Positions 48,511 through 58,536 of a stretch of 64,000 nt of DNA are shown here, piece after piece. This DNA is from Anaerohalosphaeraceae bacterium (lineage in GTDB: Bacteria; Planctomycetota; Phycisphaerae; Sedimentisphaerales; Anaerohalosphaeraceae), in assembly GCA_963675525.2 (NCBI GenBank), contig CAXXSL010000011.1, positions 288,001 through 352,000 on the forward strand, read 5' to 3'. A program made the position numbers and the translations under genes. Under the pieces are notes generated by a model. That model saw nothing but the letters and a program-made list of their open reading frames with translations. It searched no databases and was not told where the DNA came from. Numbering within the stretch: position 1 is the first letter of the stretch; each line of letters starts with the position of its first letter.

Positions 48511-50352
48511 TTACTCCTTATGAATCGTAAAAATAAACAAATTTCCGTTTTCCTTCGCTTCGACGCGAATATTTCCCCCATGCGCTTCCACGATCTGCTT
48601 GGTGATATAGAGTCCCAAGCCGGTCCCTTTAACCAGTTTCTTTTCCGGCGTATCCAACCGGGAAAATTTCTTAAATAACTGACCGATCATCTCATCGGGG
48701 ATCGGCGTCGATTCGTTGTACACACCTATCGAGACAAAGCCGCCCTTGTCTTTTGCGGAAATGCAGATCTCACTGCCCGCCCGACCATACTTAATGGCGT
48801 TATTCACCAGATTGTTAGCAACAATCTGCATCAAATCCACATCAGCCTTAACCTTCAACTCCAGGTCGATCTGGTTTTTCACCTTCATCTGTTTTTGATT
48901 CAGCAATTTTGTAAAGGTTTGGACCGCATTATCAAATACTTCTTTACCAATGGCGAACTCTGTTATATTGATCTCCAGGTTCCCGCGTTCGATCCGGCTC
49001 AGATTCAAAAACTTTTTTACGGTTGCATCGAGGTAATCCAGATTTCGGCAGATGGAATCAACCGCTTTTTTCTGTTTAAAATTGATCATGCCTAAAAACC
49101 CGTCGCGAAGCGAATAGGCGTTGATGACCGCTGACGACAGCAGTCCTTTAAGCTCGTGTGCCACAAATCCCAGCAGATCCAAATAGCTTTTGTTGAGATC
49201 GGCCAGTTTTTCATTGCTCAGTCTGAGACTGGACTCTCGTTCTTTCAGACGAAAGGTCATGTTGTTAAATGACTCGGCCAGTTGATTTAGTTCCACAATC
49301 GAAGCGTTGGCCGGAACTTCAAGCTCCAGCTCACCGCCAGCCATTTTCTGCGTCGCCCCCAGGAGCTGCGTAATCGGCTTAAAAATAGCCTCGGTTAAAA
49401 CAATCGACAACACAAAAGCTAACAGCGACGCCAGCAGAATCACAGCTATAAAACCAAGCAGAATTCGAGCCGCCATTGCATTATAGGGACCCTCCAAAAT
49501 GCCAACGTAAAGGATGCCGATAATTTTTCCATCAATATTATAAATGGGCTCATAGGCGGTTTTATACCAATGGGTCACCACAAAAGCTCGATCCAACCAG
49601 CGTTTCCCCTTTTCCACCACCGCGTCATAAACCTCAGCGGAAACCTGCGTACCAATCGCCCGCTCATTCTGTTCATTCAGCACATTAGTCGATATTCGCA
49701 CATCTTCTTGGAAAATGGTCACGGTCCCGACAGGCTTATCTTTGTAAAGCTCATCGCCGAACACCAGCTTTCGAATTCGATCAACCAACAAATAATCCTG
49801 ATTGACGATTCTCCCCCCATACGCAATTTCACAGACATTGCCATCGGAGCCATCAATCGGCAATGCAAATTCCTTCGCCATGGCTGTTTCCAAGACAGCC
49901 ACGGCCGAATGTCTGGCTTTCGGGGTATCTGCAATCTTGATATGAGCGCGTTTCTGAATAGCTTCATTCATTCCGGCAAGCTCGCCTTGCCCAATGATTC
50001 GGGTCCCTCCCAGCGGTATCATTTTGCCTGCGGTGGCACGGACAATTTCACTGCTGCTTCGCCGAGCTTCTTCGAGAGAAACCCTATAAAAATAATCCAG
50101 TCGCAATTGTTCCTTTAAACTCTCAGAATCAACATTCAGGTCTGCGATTTCCAGTGACTCCCCGATCCGATTGATCTCTTCCTGATAGAATGTCCTCGCA
50201 CTGTCCAGAGAACGGACAACCCGGCTCTGGGCTCTCTCAAAAAGATCTTTTTTGATCACATAGAAACCCAGCCACAGGACGCTGGCACCCAACAGGACAA
50301 TAATCCCGGTAAAGGCCAAAAGAATACTTTGTTTTAGTGTTCTTGTTCTCAT
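48511..50352 (-). CDS. Membrane sensor histidine kinase (Cache-HAMP-HisKA-HATPase)
   Basis: Two TMs; Cache TIFQEDVRISTNV...RAIGT; HAMP; VAHELK; NLVNNAIKY; GTGLGL. Confidence 0.9.
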   Translation of the reverse strand: MRTRTLKQSILLAFTGIIVLLGASVLWLGFYVIKKDLFERAQSRVVRSLDSARTFYQEEINRIGESLEIADLNVDSESLKEQLRLDYFYRVSLEEARRSSSEIVRATAGKMIPLGGTRIIGQGELAGMNEAIQKRAHIKIADTPKARHSAVAVLETAMAKEFALPIDGSDGNVCEIAYGGRIVNQDYLLVDRIRKLVFGDELYKDKPVGTVTIFQEDVRISTNVLNEQNERAIGTQVSAEVYDAVVEKGKRWLDRAFVVTHWYKTAYEPIYNIDGKIIGILYVGILEGPYNAMAARILLGFIAVILLASLLAFVLSIVLTEAIFKPITQLLGATQKMAGGELELEVPANASIVELNQLAESFNNMTFRLKERESSLRLSNEKLADLNKSYLDLLGFVAHELKGLLSSAVINAYSLRDGFLGMINFKQKKAVDSICRNLDYLDATVKKFLNLSRIERGNLEINITEFAIGKEVFDNAVQTFTKLLNQKQMKVKNQIDLELKVKADVDLMQIVANNLVNNAIKYGRAGSEICISAKDKGGFVSIGVYNESTPIPDEMIGQLFKKFSRLDTPEKKLVKGTGLGLYITKQIVEAHGGNIRVEAKENGNLFIFTIHKE

Positions 50353-50370
50353 TCGGATGACCTCTAAGTG

Positions 50371-51000
50371 CTATGCTTCCGCTTTATCCTGAGCATTAAC
50401 AAAGTAGATGAGATTCTCCAATTCCACTTCTAGATTAATATTGCTGATAACAACATCATCGGCCGCGCGAAGCTGGATGGGCGCAAAATTTAAAATGCCC
50501 TTAATGCCCGCAGACGCCATGATTTCGGAGACGTGATGGGCGGCCACATCCGGCACTGCCAGGATACCGATTTTAACATTATGCTCCTGGACGAACTGGC
50601 GAAAATCATCCAGCGGCAGAACCGGTACTTCGAGTTGCTGAGAAAACCGGGCCGGGTCAATGTCAAATCCGGCAATGATCTTAATTCCGCCGGACTCGAA
50701 TCCTTTATATCGCAGCAAGGCCTTTCCAATATTACCGACGCCCACGATCACGACTTTCTGCAGTTCGTTTTTGCCCAGAATTTCACGAATCCGAAAAATC
50801 AATTCATCAACTTTGTAGCCGCCGCGACGGTTCCCCGTAATGCCGAAGAGGGAAAAATCCTTTCGAACCTGTGAAGATGTTACACCTGCAGCATCCGCAA
50901 GATTGCCCGAAAAAACTTTCACAAAACCCAATGCCTTGAGCCTTTTCAGAGCATTCTTGTACCTTGATAAACGAATAATACATTTTCTATTCATAATCAT
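50371..51000 (-). CDS. rex: Redox-sensing transcriptional repressor Rex
   Basis: RLSRY, QVRKDFSLFG, GVGNIGKAL, ILNFAP. Confidence 0.95.
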   Translation of the reverse strand: MIMNRKCIIRLSRYKNALKRLKALGFVKVFSGNLADAAGVTSSQVRKDFSLFGITGNRRGGYKVDELIFRIREILGKNELQKVVIVGVGNIGKALLRYKGFESGGIKIIAGFDIDPARFSQQLEVPVLPLDDFRQFVQEHNVKIGILAVPDVAAHHVSEIMASAGIKGILNFAPIQLRAADDVVISNINLEVELENLIYFVNAQDKAEA

Positions 51001-51093
51001 AAGCAAGACCTACATTTAAATGGTCATTCCGTTAATATCACAATAAGATTACGCTGTATGTATTACATCTCATTATGACACATTATGAGCGAA

Positions 51094-51145
51094 ATTATAG
51101 CAATTCAAACAGAAATGTCAATATTTATTGTGTATTTTTTCACAT
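51094..51145 (-). promoter_or_regulatory. Sigma-70 promoter with adjacent Rex operator
   Basis: Minus-strand TTGACA (51121-51116)-N16-TATAAT (51099-51094). TTGTGTATTTTTTCACAT at 51128-51145 resembles the Rex box TTGTGAA-N4-TTCACAA. Confidence 0.75.
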
Positions 51146-51291
51146 TATTTAGGAAATAAGAACATTTAACAGCCGCATTATTTTTTGTATCGCGCAAAAT
51201 AAAAAGGTTGAGAGCGTTTATTCCCAATATCATAAGTGTATTTATTGTAAGTATTTATTGAAATATGGGTGGATACAAGCTACTGACTTTG

Positions 51292-52794
51292 TCAAATAGC
51301 AATATCGTCTGCGGAACATCCGGCTGGATATTCGATCAAATCCTGCATATTTTTACCCCATTTCAAAAGCAAGGGCATCAGCAATTTCCAGGCTGATTCA
51401 ATGGAATCGGAACGAGTAAACAAGGTCTGATCGCCTAACATACAATCAAGAAGAAGTCGCTGATAGGCCTCAGGCATCTGAAAACCAAAGATTTCCTGAT
51501 AGTCCACAGCCATCTCTAATGTGCTCATACAGATTTTCGAACCGGGGCGTTTGGCCTGAAGACTCAGATAAATACCCTCATCGGGTTGAATTTGAAACCG
51601 CAGTGTGTTCTGCGGGATTTCATCGAGTCCGGCAGACATAAACATCGAATGCGGTACCCCCTTAAAAGTGATTAGAACTTCCGTCAGCTTACGATCCAAC
51701 CGTTTTCCTGTACGAAGATAAAACGGCACGCCCCTCCATCGCCAATTATCGACAAACAATTTCCCTGCGACAAACGTCTCTGTTATCGAATCAGGCAAAA
51801 CCCCTTCTTCCCGGCGATATGCGGGAACCGTTTGTCCTTCAATGACCCCCTCTTTGTATTGTGCTCGGAGAAAATCCTGCTTGAGACCCTCAGTCGCGAT
51901 GGGACGAATCGACCGTAACAATTTGGCCTTTTCATCCCGGACACTGTCGGCCGCAAAAGAAACCGGCGGTTCCATTGCTACCAGCGCCAGCATCTGCAGC
52001 ATGTGGTTTTGGAACATATCACGCAGTGCACCGGTCTTTTCGTAATAACCGGCGCGATGCTCGATACCCACTGTTTCAGAAATCGTAATCTGCACCTGCT
52101 CGATGAAGTTTCGGTTCCAGACCGGCTCAAAAATACTATTCGCAAAACGAAACATCAGTAAATTTTGAACTGTTTCCTTGCCGAGGTAATGATCGATCCG
52201 GTAAATCTGAGACTCGTCAAAATACAGATGTAGTTTTTGGTCCAATTGGCGCGCGCTGTCCAAATCGTTCCCATACGGCTTTTCAATAACCAACCGAACA
52301 TGTTCAAGCCGTCCGGATGCCGCCGGACACATCATCCGCATTTCTCCAAGCCGGTCAATGATGGTTTCATATAGAGCCGGCGGAACAGAGAGATAAAAAA
52401 TACGGTTACCGTCAATGTTATGTTTGCTGTCCAGTTCTGTAACGGCGACACAAATCTTTTCATACAGCTCATCCGAAGCATAATCGCCACTGACATAATA
52501 AAAACACCCTAAGAAGGCATTCAGTTTTTCATCGTCGATGCCTTCGCTTGATTGCCGCATTGAGGCTTCTATCGTTTTCCGGAAATTCGTATCGCTCAAT
52601 TCACTTCGCCCGCATCCGACCAGGTAAAACTCCTCGCTGATAAGCTCTCGACGATAAAGTTCATACAGACTATGATACAGCTTTCGATGTGCCAGATCGC
52701 CGGATGCCCCGAAGACAACAAAACCGGTCGGCCCCGCCACCGATTCCACGCACATCATATCCTGCCGGTTGACCTTTGCATTAATCGTTTCCAT
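51292..52794 (-). CDS. zwf: Glucose-6-phosphate 1-dehydrogenase
   Basis: FGASGDLA, EKPYG, RIDHYLGKETVQN, RWRGVPFYLRTGK. Confidence 0.97.
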   Translation of the reverse strand: METINAKVNRQDMMCVESVAGPTGFVVFGASGDLAHRKLYHSLYELYRRELISEEFYLVGCGRSELSDTNFRKTIEASMRQSSEGIDDEKLNAFLGCFYYVSGDYASDELYEKICVAVTELDSKHNIDGNRIFYLSVPPALYETIIDRLGEMRMMCPAASGRLEHVRLVIEKPYGNDLDSARQLDQKLHLYFDESQIYRIDHYLGKETVQNLLMFRFANSIFEPVWNRNFIEQVQITISETVGIEHRAGYYEKTGALRDMFQNHMLQMLALVAMEPPVSFAADSVRDEKAKLLRSIRPIATEGLKQDFLRAQYKEGVIEGQTVPAYRREEGVLPDSITETFVAGKLFVDNWRWRGVPFYLRTGKRLDRKLTEVLITFKGVPHSMFMSAGLDEIPQNTLRFQIQPDEGIYLSLQAKRPGSKICMSTLEMAVDYQEIFGFQMPEAYQRLLLDCMLGDQTLFTRSDSIESAWKLLMPLLLKWGKNMQDLIEYPAGCSADDIAI

Positions 52795-52890
52795 AATTCT
52801 TTCTGCAACACAAACTCTCTATGTTTAGAATCTTCTATGAAAAAGCCCCGAACAATTTTTTTACTGTTCAGGGCTTATCGCAATCCGTGT

Positions 52891-53052
52891 TTAATCTTCC
52901 GGCTCGAACTCATCTTTGCCGGCACCACATTCCGGACAGACCCAGTCATCCGGAATATCTTCAAAAGCCGTTCCGGGATCAATGCCGTTATCGGGGTCGC
53001 CTGCTTCGGGATCATAAATATAGCCGCATAAGACACATTTGTACTTCTTCAT
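52891..53052 (-). CDS. Rubredoxin (53 aa; below the ORF-track cutoff)
   Basis: Manual translation [63 protein letters not shown]. Confidence 0.97.
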   Translation of the reverse strand: MKKYKCVLCGYIYDPEAGDPDNGIDPGTAFEDIPDDWVCPECGAGKDEFEPED

Positions 53053-53116
53053 CGCTGATTTCCTTTCTGATTCAAATCTAAATTCCGGAATTATTATATG
53101 ACTGAGCTTATTATGC

Positions 53117-53596
53117 TTACTTCTGAGACAAGGTCAACCCCTCAAACAGAATTTGTATCGCTTCGGCGGGTTCGACTCTGAAAAATGCCCCTCGCCCCTC
53201 AAAAAAACCGTGTGTTTCGATCATGTGGATATTCAGGTCCGTCCACGACAGCTTTTGACGGGTATCAAGACGCTCAGCAGTAATAATACGTTTATCAAAC
53301 CGCCCCGAATGCGGCCAGGGACACACCAGCGACCCTTTGAAATCTTCGCTTTTGACACGCAGCTTTCCGGTCTCGGCCTCGACCCAACTGCCAAGTCGGG
53401 GACCGGCCAGTTCGGTTAATTCCCGCATCCGCAGAGCAACTCTTTCGGCCGTAAAACCAATTCTTTCCAATTCGGCCGCATCATCCCCAATAACTTCAGT
53501 CGGGTGGCGGGAATCGGTTCCCATGAACCCTCCGGCAACCAGTTTCGTCGAGCGAAGCATCTCTTCCAGCTTTTTTTCCTGCGGAGACTGTTTCAT
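53117..53596 (-). CDS. Hypothetical protein following nqrF
   Basis: Clean ORF with RBS; CPWPH and [11 protein letters not shown] motifs suggest possible metal binding. Confidence 0.7.
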   Translation of the reverse strand: MKQSPQEKKLEEMLRSTKLVAGGFMGTDSRHPTEVIGDDAAELERIGFTAERVALRMRELTELAGPRLGSWVEAETGKLRVKSEDFKGSLVCPWPHSGRFDKRIITAERLDTRQKLSWTDLNIHMIETHGFFEGRGAFFRVEPAEAIQILFEGLTLSQK

Positions 53597-53611
53597 TTTG
53601 GGTCCCCTTCC

Positions 53612-54712
53612 TTATGCAAATTTATCGTAATAGATTTTATCTTCCAGCATCCCCAGCGAAACAAATACTTTGGCTGCCGCATCGATCATGCCGGGACTGC
53701 CGCACAGATAGCCTTCATGACCACTTAAATCTTTGTATTGCCGATGGACCGCTTCGGTTACCAAGCCCGTTTCGCCAGACCAGCTTTCGTCTTCTTCCGG
53801 ATTGGCCACAACAGGGACAAACTCAAACCCTTCTAATGCATCCTCGAAGGCTTTCATTTCATCCGTCATGCAGAGGTCTTTGGTGCTATTGCCACCGAAA
53901 AAGTATTTGGCTTTTCTTTTACTATTAGTGTTCTGCATATGATGGAGGATCGACACGAACGGGGCCATGCCGCTGCCGCCGGCAACAAATACCATCGGGG
54001 CATCCGTGTCGCTCAAACGGAAATCGCCATACGGACCATTCATCTTCACCGGGTCGCCTTCTTTTAAATGCTCAAAGCACCATGTTGTACAGATGCCATT
54101 GGGTACCCGTCGAATGATCAAGTCGATCAGATTGTTTGCGGCCGGATCCGAAGCAATCGAATAGGCTCGATAGACTTCTTCGCTGCTGCCTTTGTATTTC
54201 GGGCAAAATAACTGCATATACTGACCGGCAACAAATTTAGCCGTCGGCGGGTCTTTCAGTTCAAAACGAAACCGCTTCATGTCATAGGTCAATTCTTCGA
54301 TTTTCGCACAGACACTGTCGTATTCGCGCACATTAAACAATTCATCCGGAATCTCGATGAGAATATCGTTACGAACCTTAACCTGACAGGACAGCCGGAC
54401 ATTATCGGCCTGCTCTTCTTTGGTCAAAAAAGGAGTTTCCGTCGCCAGCACCGGCCCGGCGCCCTCCGGTACCTTGACCTTGCAGACGCCGCAGGTTCCC
54501 CGTCCGCCGCAGGCGCTGGGAATAAAAATCTTTTCATCCCGCAAAACTGTCAACAGGGGTTTGCCGCCCTGAATATCCAATTCCTTTTCACCGTTGATGG
54601 TTATTTTGCAGGGGCCGTAGTTAACCACATACTTTTCACACAAGACTAACAACAGCGCAAGGCCGGCGCTGATCGAACTGATAATCAGAATGGTAAGAAT
54701 GAAATCTATCAT
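53612..54712 (-). CDS. nqrF: NqrF-like 2Fe-2S/FAD NADH oxidoreductase
   Basis: N-terminal TM; IFIPSACGGRGTCGVC; RLSCQ; RAYSIAS; AGGSGMAP; YLCGSP. Confidence 0.85.
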   Translation of the reverse strand: MIDFILTILIISSISAGLALLLVLCEKYVVNYGPCKITINGEKELDIQGGKPLLTVLRDEKIFIPSACGGRGTCGVCKVKVPEGAGPVLATETPFLTKEEQADNVRLSCQVKVRNDILIEIPDELFNVREYDSVCAKIEELTYDMKRFRFELKDPPTAKFVAGQYMQLFCPKYKGSSEEVYRAYSIASDPAANNLIDLIIRRVPNGICTTWCFEHLKEGDPVKMNGPYGDFRLSDTDAPMVFVAGGSGMAPFVSILHHMQNTNSKRKAKYFFGGNSTKDLCMTDEMKAFEDALEGFEFVPVVANPEEDESWSGETGLVTEAVHRQYKDLSGHEGYLCGSPGMIDAAAKVFVSLGMLEDKIYYDKFA

Positions 54713-54714
54713 TG

Positions 54715-55010
54715 TCAATAAATGGTACAGTAAATACCCAAAAATACAAACATCACAATTACTAGGAGTTCAAGCATAATAATGCTTCGTTTTAATCTTT
54801 TTAGCGTTTTATCATCAGTTTGAAAATAAGACAATTCTTTAGAATAACGTAAAATTTGTATGGTGCCAAAGCAGAAAGGAAGGATTCTTTTTTTCTGTCC
54901 GGGCATATTTTTCTAAGCCTGTTTTCAAAACTAAACATAAAAGAAAACATCACTATAAACAGACATAACAAAAAAGCCGCTGCTATATACGTTATGGTAA
55001 AAGGCGACAT
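54715..55010 (-). pseudogene. Small AT-rich 2-TM membrane protein gene with one frameshift, between nqrE and nqrF
   Basis: ORFs 54801-55010 and 54715-54906 join into ~98 aa with two hydrophobic segments. The start overlaps the nqrE stop and the stop lies 2 bp before nqrF. Confidence 0.45.
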
Positions 55011-55609
55011 TAATTCAAAACTCCCGTAAATCCGATAAATGCCAACGCCATCAGCCCGGCAATGATCAATGTGATCCCCGGACCGCGAAGCCCTTCGGGC
55101 ACGCGTGACTCATTGAGCCGGGTGCGGATGCCCGCCATCGCCAATATCGCCAGCAGCCAACCAACTCCGGCGCCGAATCCATAACCGATGGTCTGGATGA
55201 ATGAGTATTCCCTGATCACCATAAATAATGAAGCGCCAAGAATCGCGCAATTCACCGTAATCAACGGTAGAAAAATACCGAGACTCTGGTAGAGCTTTGG
55301 TGAATACCGGTCAATCACCATTTCGACGAATTGTACGAACGCCGCAATAATAATAATAAACAGAATGAAGCGAAAGAATTCCAGTTCCAGCGGAATCAAA
55401 ACATATTTATACGCCAGCCAGTTCAACGCTGTGGTAAAGGTCATCACGAAAACCACCGCTCCGCCGAGTCCCGCAGCGGTTTTAACTTCACGCGAAACAC
55501 TGGTAAACGGACACATGCCCAAAAAGGTTGTCAGCAAAATATTTTGGGTAAATATCGCTGCAAAGCAGGTCACCAATGCAAGCCACATTTCAGAACCGAT
55601 GCCGCTCAT
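55010..55609 (-). CDS. nqrE: NqrE/RnfA-family membrane subunit
   Basis: FLGMCP, LGIFLPLITVNCAILG. Confidence 0.88.
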   Translation of the reverse strand: MSGIGSEMWLALVTCFAAIFTQNILLTTFLGMCPFTSVSREVKTAAGLGGAVVFVMTFTTALNWLAYKYVLIPLELEFFRFILFIIIIAAFVQFVEMVIDRYSPKLYQSLGIFLPLITVNCAILGASLFMVIREYSFIQTIGYGFGAGVGWLLAILAMAGIRTRLNESRVPEGLRGPGITLIIAGLMALAFIGFTGVLN

Positions 55610-56232
55610 GGTTTCGCCTCCTTCGACTTAATGGACCGACACAACCAGATCACACATGCCAGCGTAAAGAATGCCCCCGGCGGCATCACCATGATGATCC
55701 ACTTGTCCCAGTACGGACTCGAAAAATACGGTACCGCAAAACCGAGAACGGTTCCCATTCCCAGTATTTCACGAACCACTGAAATCGCAAGCAGTATCAA
55801 TGAATAGCCCAGTCCACTGAAGAACCCGTCCACAAAAGAGGATCCCGGCGGATTTGATCCGGCAAAGGCTTCACACCGCCCCATGATAATGCAATTAGTG
55901 ATGATCAGGCCGACATACGGACCGAGGTTGCGGCTCATTTCCGGCCAATACGCCCGAAGCATAAGATCCACGATGATGACATAAAAAGCGATGATCAGCG
56001 TTTGCACCATCATACGAATGTTTCGCGGTGTCCAGTGCCGCAGCAGCGATACCGTCAGGCAACTCAACGCCGTTACCAGTGTTAAGGAAGTACACATGAC
56101 GGCAGTATTCAAAACAACATTGGTCACAGCCAGTGCACTGCAAATCCCCAACACCTGCCGGAAGATGGGATTGTCCCGCCAGATACCATTGAGAGCAAGG
56201 TCTTTGGTTGATTTGGAGGGTTGCGGGCTCAT
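55606..56232 (-). CDS. nqrD: NqrD/RnfE-family membrane subunit
   Basis: LGICSALAVT, VGLIITNCIIMGR, PPGAF. Confidence 0.88.
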   Translation of the reverse strand: MSPQPSKSTKDLALNGIWRDNPIFRQVLGICSALAVTNVVLNTAVMCTSLTLVTALSCLTVSLLRHWTPRNIRMMVQTLIIAFYVIIVDLMLRAYWPEMSRNLGPYVGLIITNCIIMGRCEAFAGSNPPGSSFVDGFFSGLGYSLILLAISVVREILGMGTVLGFAVPYFSSPYWDKWIIMVMPPGAFFTLACVIWLCRSIKSKEAKP

Positions 56233-56843
56233 GGCTGCTCCTCCGCGGGTTTAACCGATTGAAACCACTCAGACAACCCGTCATTAATTAGTTTTTCCAA
56301 TCGAATACAGGTTTGGGTGGCCCCGGTAATGGAATGTACCTGATTTTCTCGAAGTGCTTCACTGGAGGGCTTGATCGCTATCGGTTTATCAGTCTGCGAA
56401 ATCGTTTTGCCGATAAACTGGCCGCGGAAATCCTCTTCGACAATTCGTGCTCCCAGTCCCGGCGTTTCACTTTGCTCATAAAAGGAAATCCCCGTGATCG
56501 TTCGCTTATCGAGAGCCAAACCAACAACGCCTTTGATCGGCGCCCAGAAACCCTGCCCTTCGACCGGGATCACATAGCCGGCAATCTCTCGATCCTTATA
56601 ATAGAGATACGCCCCGCCCATTTCCGGTGTTTTCGCAAATTGATCAGTAAAGATACGATGAATATCCGCATTGCTTTCAACGGCAATCTCCGGAAAAACA
56701 GCAAGAACCGCCCTCTCGAATGCAAGCTGCTCGTTGGCATTGACACGATCCCGCGTCAACCGCGAAAAACCGATGAGCACCGTACTGAAAAATGCCGTCA
56801 CGACAAACATATATATAACCGCAAAGTAAGGCTTATCTTTCAT
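56229..56843 (-). CDS. nqrC: NqrC/RnfG-family FMN-binding subunit
   Basis: GQGFWAPI, ETPGLG, flavinylation motif ITGATQT. Confidence 0.88.
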   Translation of the reverse strand: MKDKPYFAVIYMFVVTAFFSTVLIGFSRLTRDRVNANEQLAFERAVLAVFPEIAVESNADIHRIFTDQFAKTPEMGGAYLYYKDREIAGYVIPVEGQGFWAPIKGVVGLALDKRTITGISFYEQSETPGLGARIVEEDFRGQFIGKTISQTDKPIAIKPSSEALRENQVHSITGATQTCIRLEKLINDGLSEWFQSVKPAEEQP

Positions 56844-57922
56844 GCGACGGCCTCCTTTGCTTTGAGTTTCGCTTTTTGCCTGTCCTGAAATGCTTTGACT
56901 CCGTAATCAATAATTGGTGCAAACATATTGCCCAGAAGAATTCCGAACATCAGACCGCCGTTAAAGATCGAAAAATTGCGGATGACCAGCGTGGCAACCG
57001 CGATAAGGATACCATAAAAGACTTTACCGGGCTCTGTCCTGGGCGAACTGACCGGATCGGTGGCCATAAAAAATGCCCCAAACAAAAATCCGCCGCCTAA
57101 TACAGCAGGCCACGCGCCGGGAACGGGTTCAACTCGGCACCAGTACAGAACTTGATTCAAAGCAGCGTACGTTATGATGACAGATAAAATGGTCGTGCGG
57201 CTGGCAATTTTTTTCCAAAAGAGATAAATGCCGCCGATTAAAATGAGCAAGGCGCTGGTTACCCCCATCGTCCCACTGATTCGACCCAGAGCAAGTCCCT
57301 TCAACAAAGCCATTCGGCTGACGTTCTCCGCCTGGCCTTCTGCCACCTTAAACGGTATACGGTCGTTTGTCTCATCAGGGTTAGATTCGGGCGATAAAAC
57401 CAGTCCGCCTGCTTTTAAATTCGCCATAGGTGTGGCACTGGTCACCGCAAAAGTCCCATCGGATCGCTTGGCACTGGACCACAGACTGACAGCCCCCATC
57501 GGGCCTTCTGCCGGGGGGTACCAAACACCCGTCAAAGCAATCGGAAAACAGATATAGACAAAACAGCGGCCTGCCAATGCGGGATTGAAAATATTGCGGC
57601 CAAAGCCGCCGAAGACTTCCTTGGAAAAGATAACCGCAACCGCCATCCCCACGGCCAACACATGCCAGCCGACACCCGGCGGCATCACGAGTGCAAACAG
57701 AACGGCTGTGACAAAAACCGCTTCAGAAACCGGTTCTTTCCGGCGGCGACAAAACAACCACTCAAGGAAAAAACCCCACCCACAGCAAAAAAGAATCATG
57801 GCCAGGGAACGCCATCCGAAATAATAGACCGACCCAAAAATACAAGGCACAAGGGCAAGCAATACTTTCCGCATCGCCGGTTGTGTTCGCAACAGTGTTT
57901 GTTTCTTCTGTGCCTGCGCCAT
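56840..57922 (-). CDS. nqrB: NqrB/RnfD-family membrane subunit
   Basis: KEVFGGFGRNIFNPA, TSATP (FMN site), FFMATDPVS. Confidence 0.88.
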   Translation of the reverse strand: MAQAQKKQTLLRTQPAMRKVLLALVPCIFGSVYYFGWRSLAMILFCCGWGFFLEWLFCRRRKEPVSEAVFVTAVLFALVMPPGVGWHVLAVGMAVAVIFSKEVFGGFGRNIFNPALAGRCFVYICFPIALTGVWYPPAEGPMGAVSLWSSAKRSDGTFAVTSATPMANLKAGGLVLSPESNPDETNDRIPFKVAEGQAENVSRMALLKGLALGRISGTMGVTSALLILIGGIYLFWKKIASRTTILSVIITYAALNQVLYWCRVEPVPGAWPAVLGGGFLFGAFFMATDPVSSPRTEPGKVFYGILIAVATLVIRNFSIFNGGLMFGILLGNMFAPIIDYGVKAFQDRQKAKLKAKEAVA

Positions 57923-58013
57923 TGTCGCCGAATCCGTTCAAAGCCCCCTGTTATCGTGTCACTAAATAAATCGGCGCAGACATCACGGCTTGCCTGCGCC
58001 GAATAGTTTTTGC

Positions 58014-58505
58014 CTATTTAATTGCCTGAAGCTTGGCACCAATGCTTGAAACATGCGCCATTTCTTCAATAATGATGGACTGTATCTTATCCTTGCCGGC
58101 TTTGTTCGGCACCAAATCCTTAATGCCCACATAAAACGCAATTGAATTTTTCTCGGCCTGCAACGCAATTTTCAGCGTTTCGGTCATGCTTTCCTGGCCG
58201 CTCAACGTTTCAGTTGCACTGATTTTTCCTTCGGTTCCATGAAAATACGCCAGCGTTTGCAAATACTGAGCCACTTCATTATCCGGGTCAAATGTCGTCG
58301 ACTCTTTTTCCGCGTCGGAAAGTTCTTTCCGCATCTGCACAAATGTTTTCTCGTGCCCGTCTTCCATCGCAGCCAACTCCAGCAGCATCTTTTTTATGTC
58401 CGCATCGGAGGCTTTTTGGGCGGCTTCACGATAAAACCGCGCTCCATTCCGTTCAATCTCTTCGGCCATTTCGTAGACTTCATCCGCATTAAATGTGATA
58501 CTCAT
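58014..58505 (-). CDS. Ferritin-like/rubrerythrin-family protein
   Basis: IERNG..FY, MEDGH, AEKNSIAFY, EEMAH. Confidence 0.85.
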   Translation of the reverse strand: MSITFNADEVYEMAEEIERNGARFYREAAQKASDADIKKMLLELAAMEDGHEKTFVQMRKELSDAEKESTTFDPDNEVAQYLQTLAYFHGTEGKISATETLSGQESMTETLKIALQAEKNSIAFYVGIKDLVPNKAGKDKIQSIIIEEMAHVSSIGAKLQAIK

Positions 58506-58536
58506 CAAATATCTCCTTGATTCTCAAAATTTAAGG

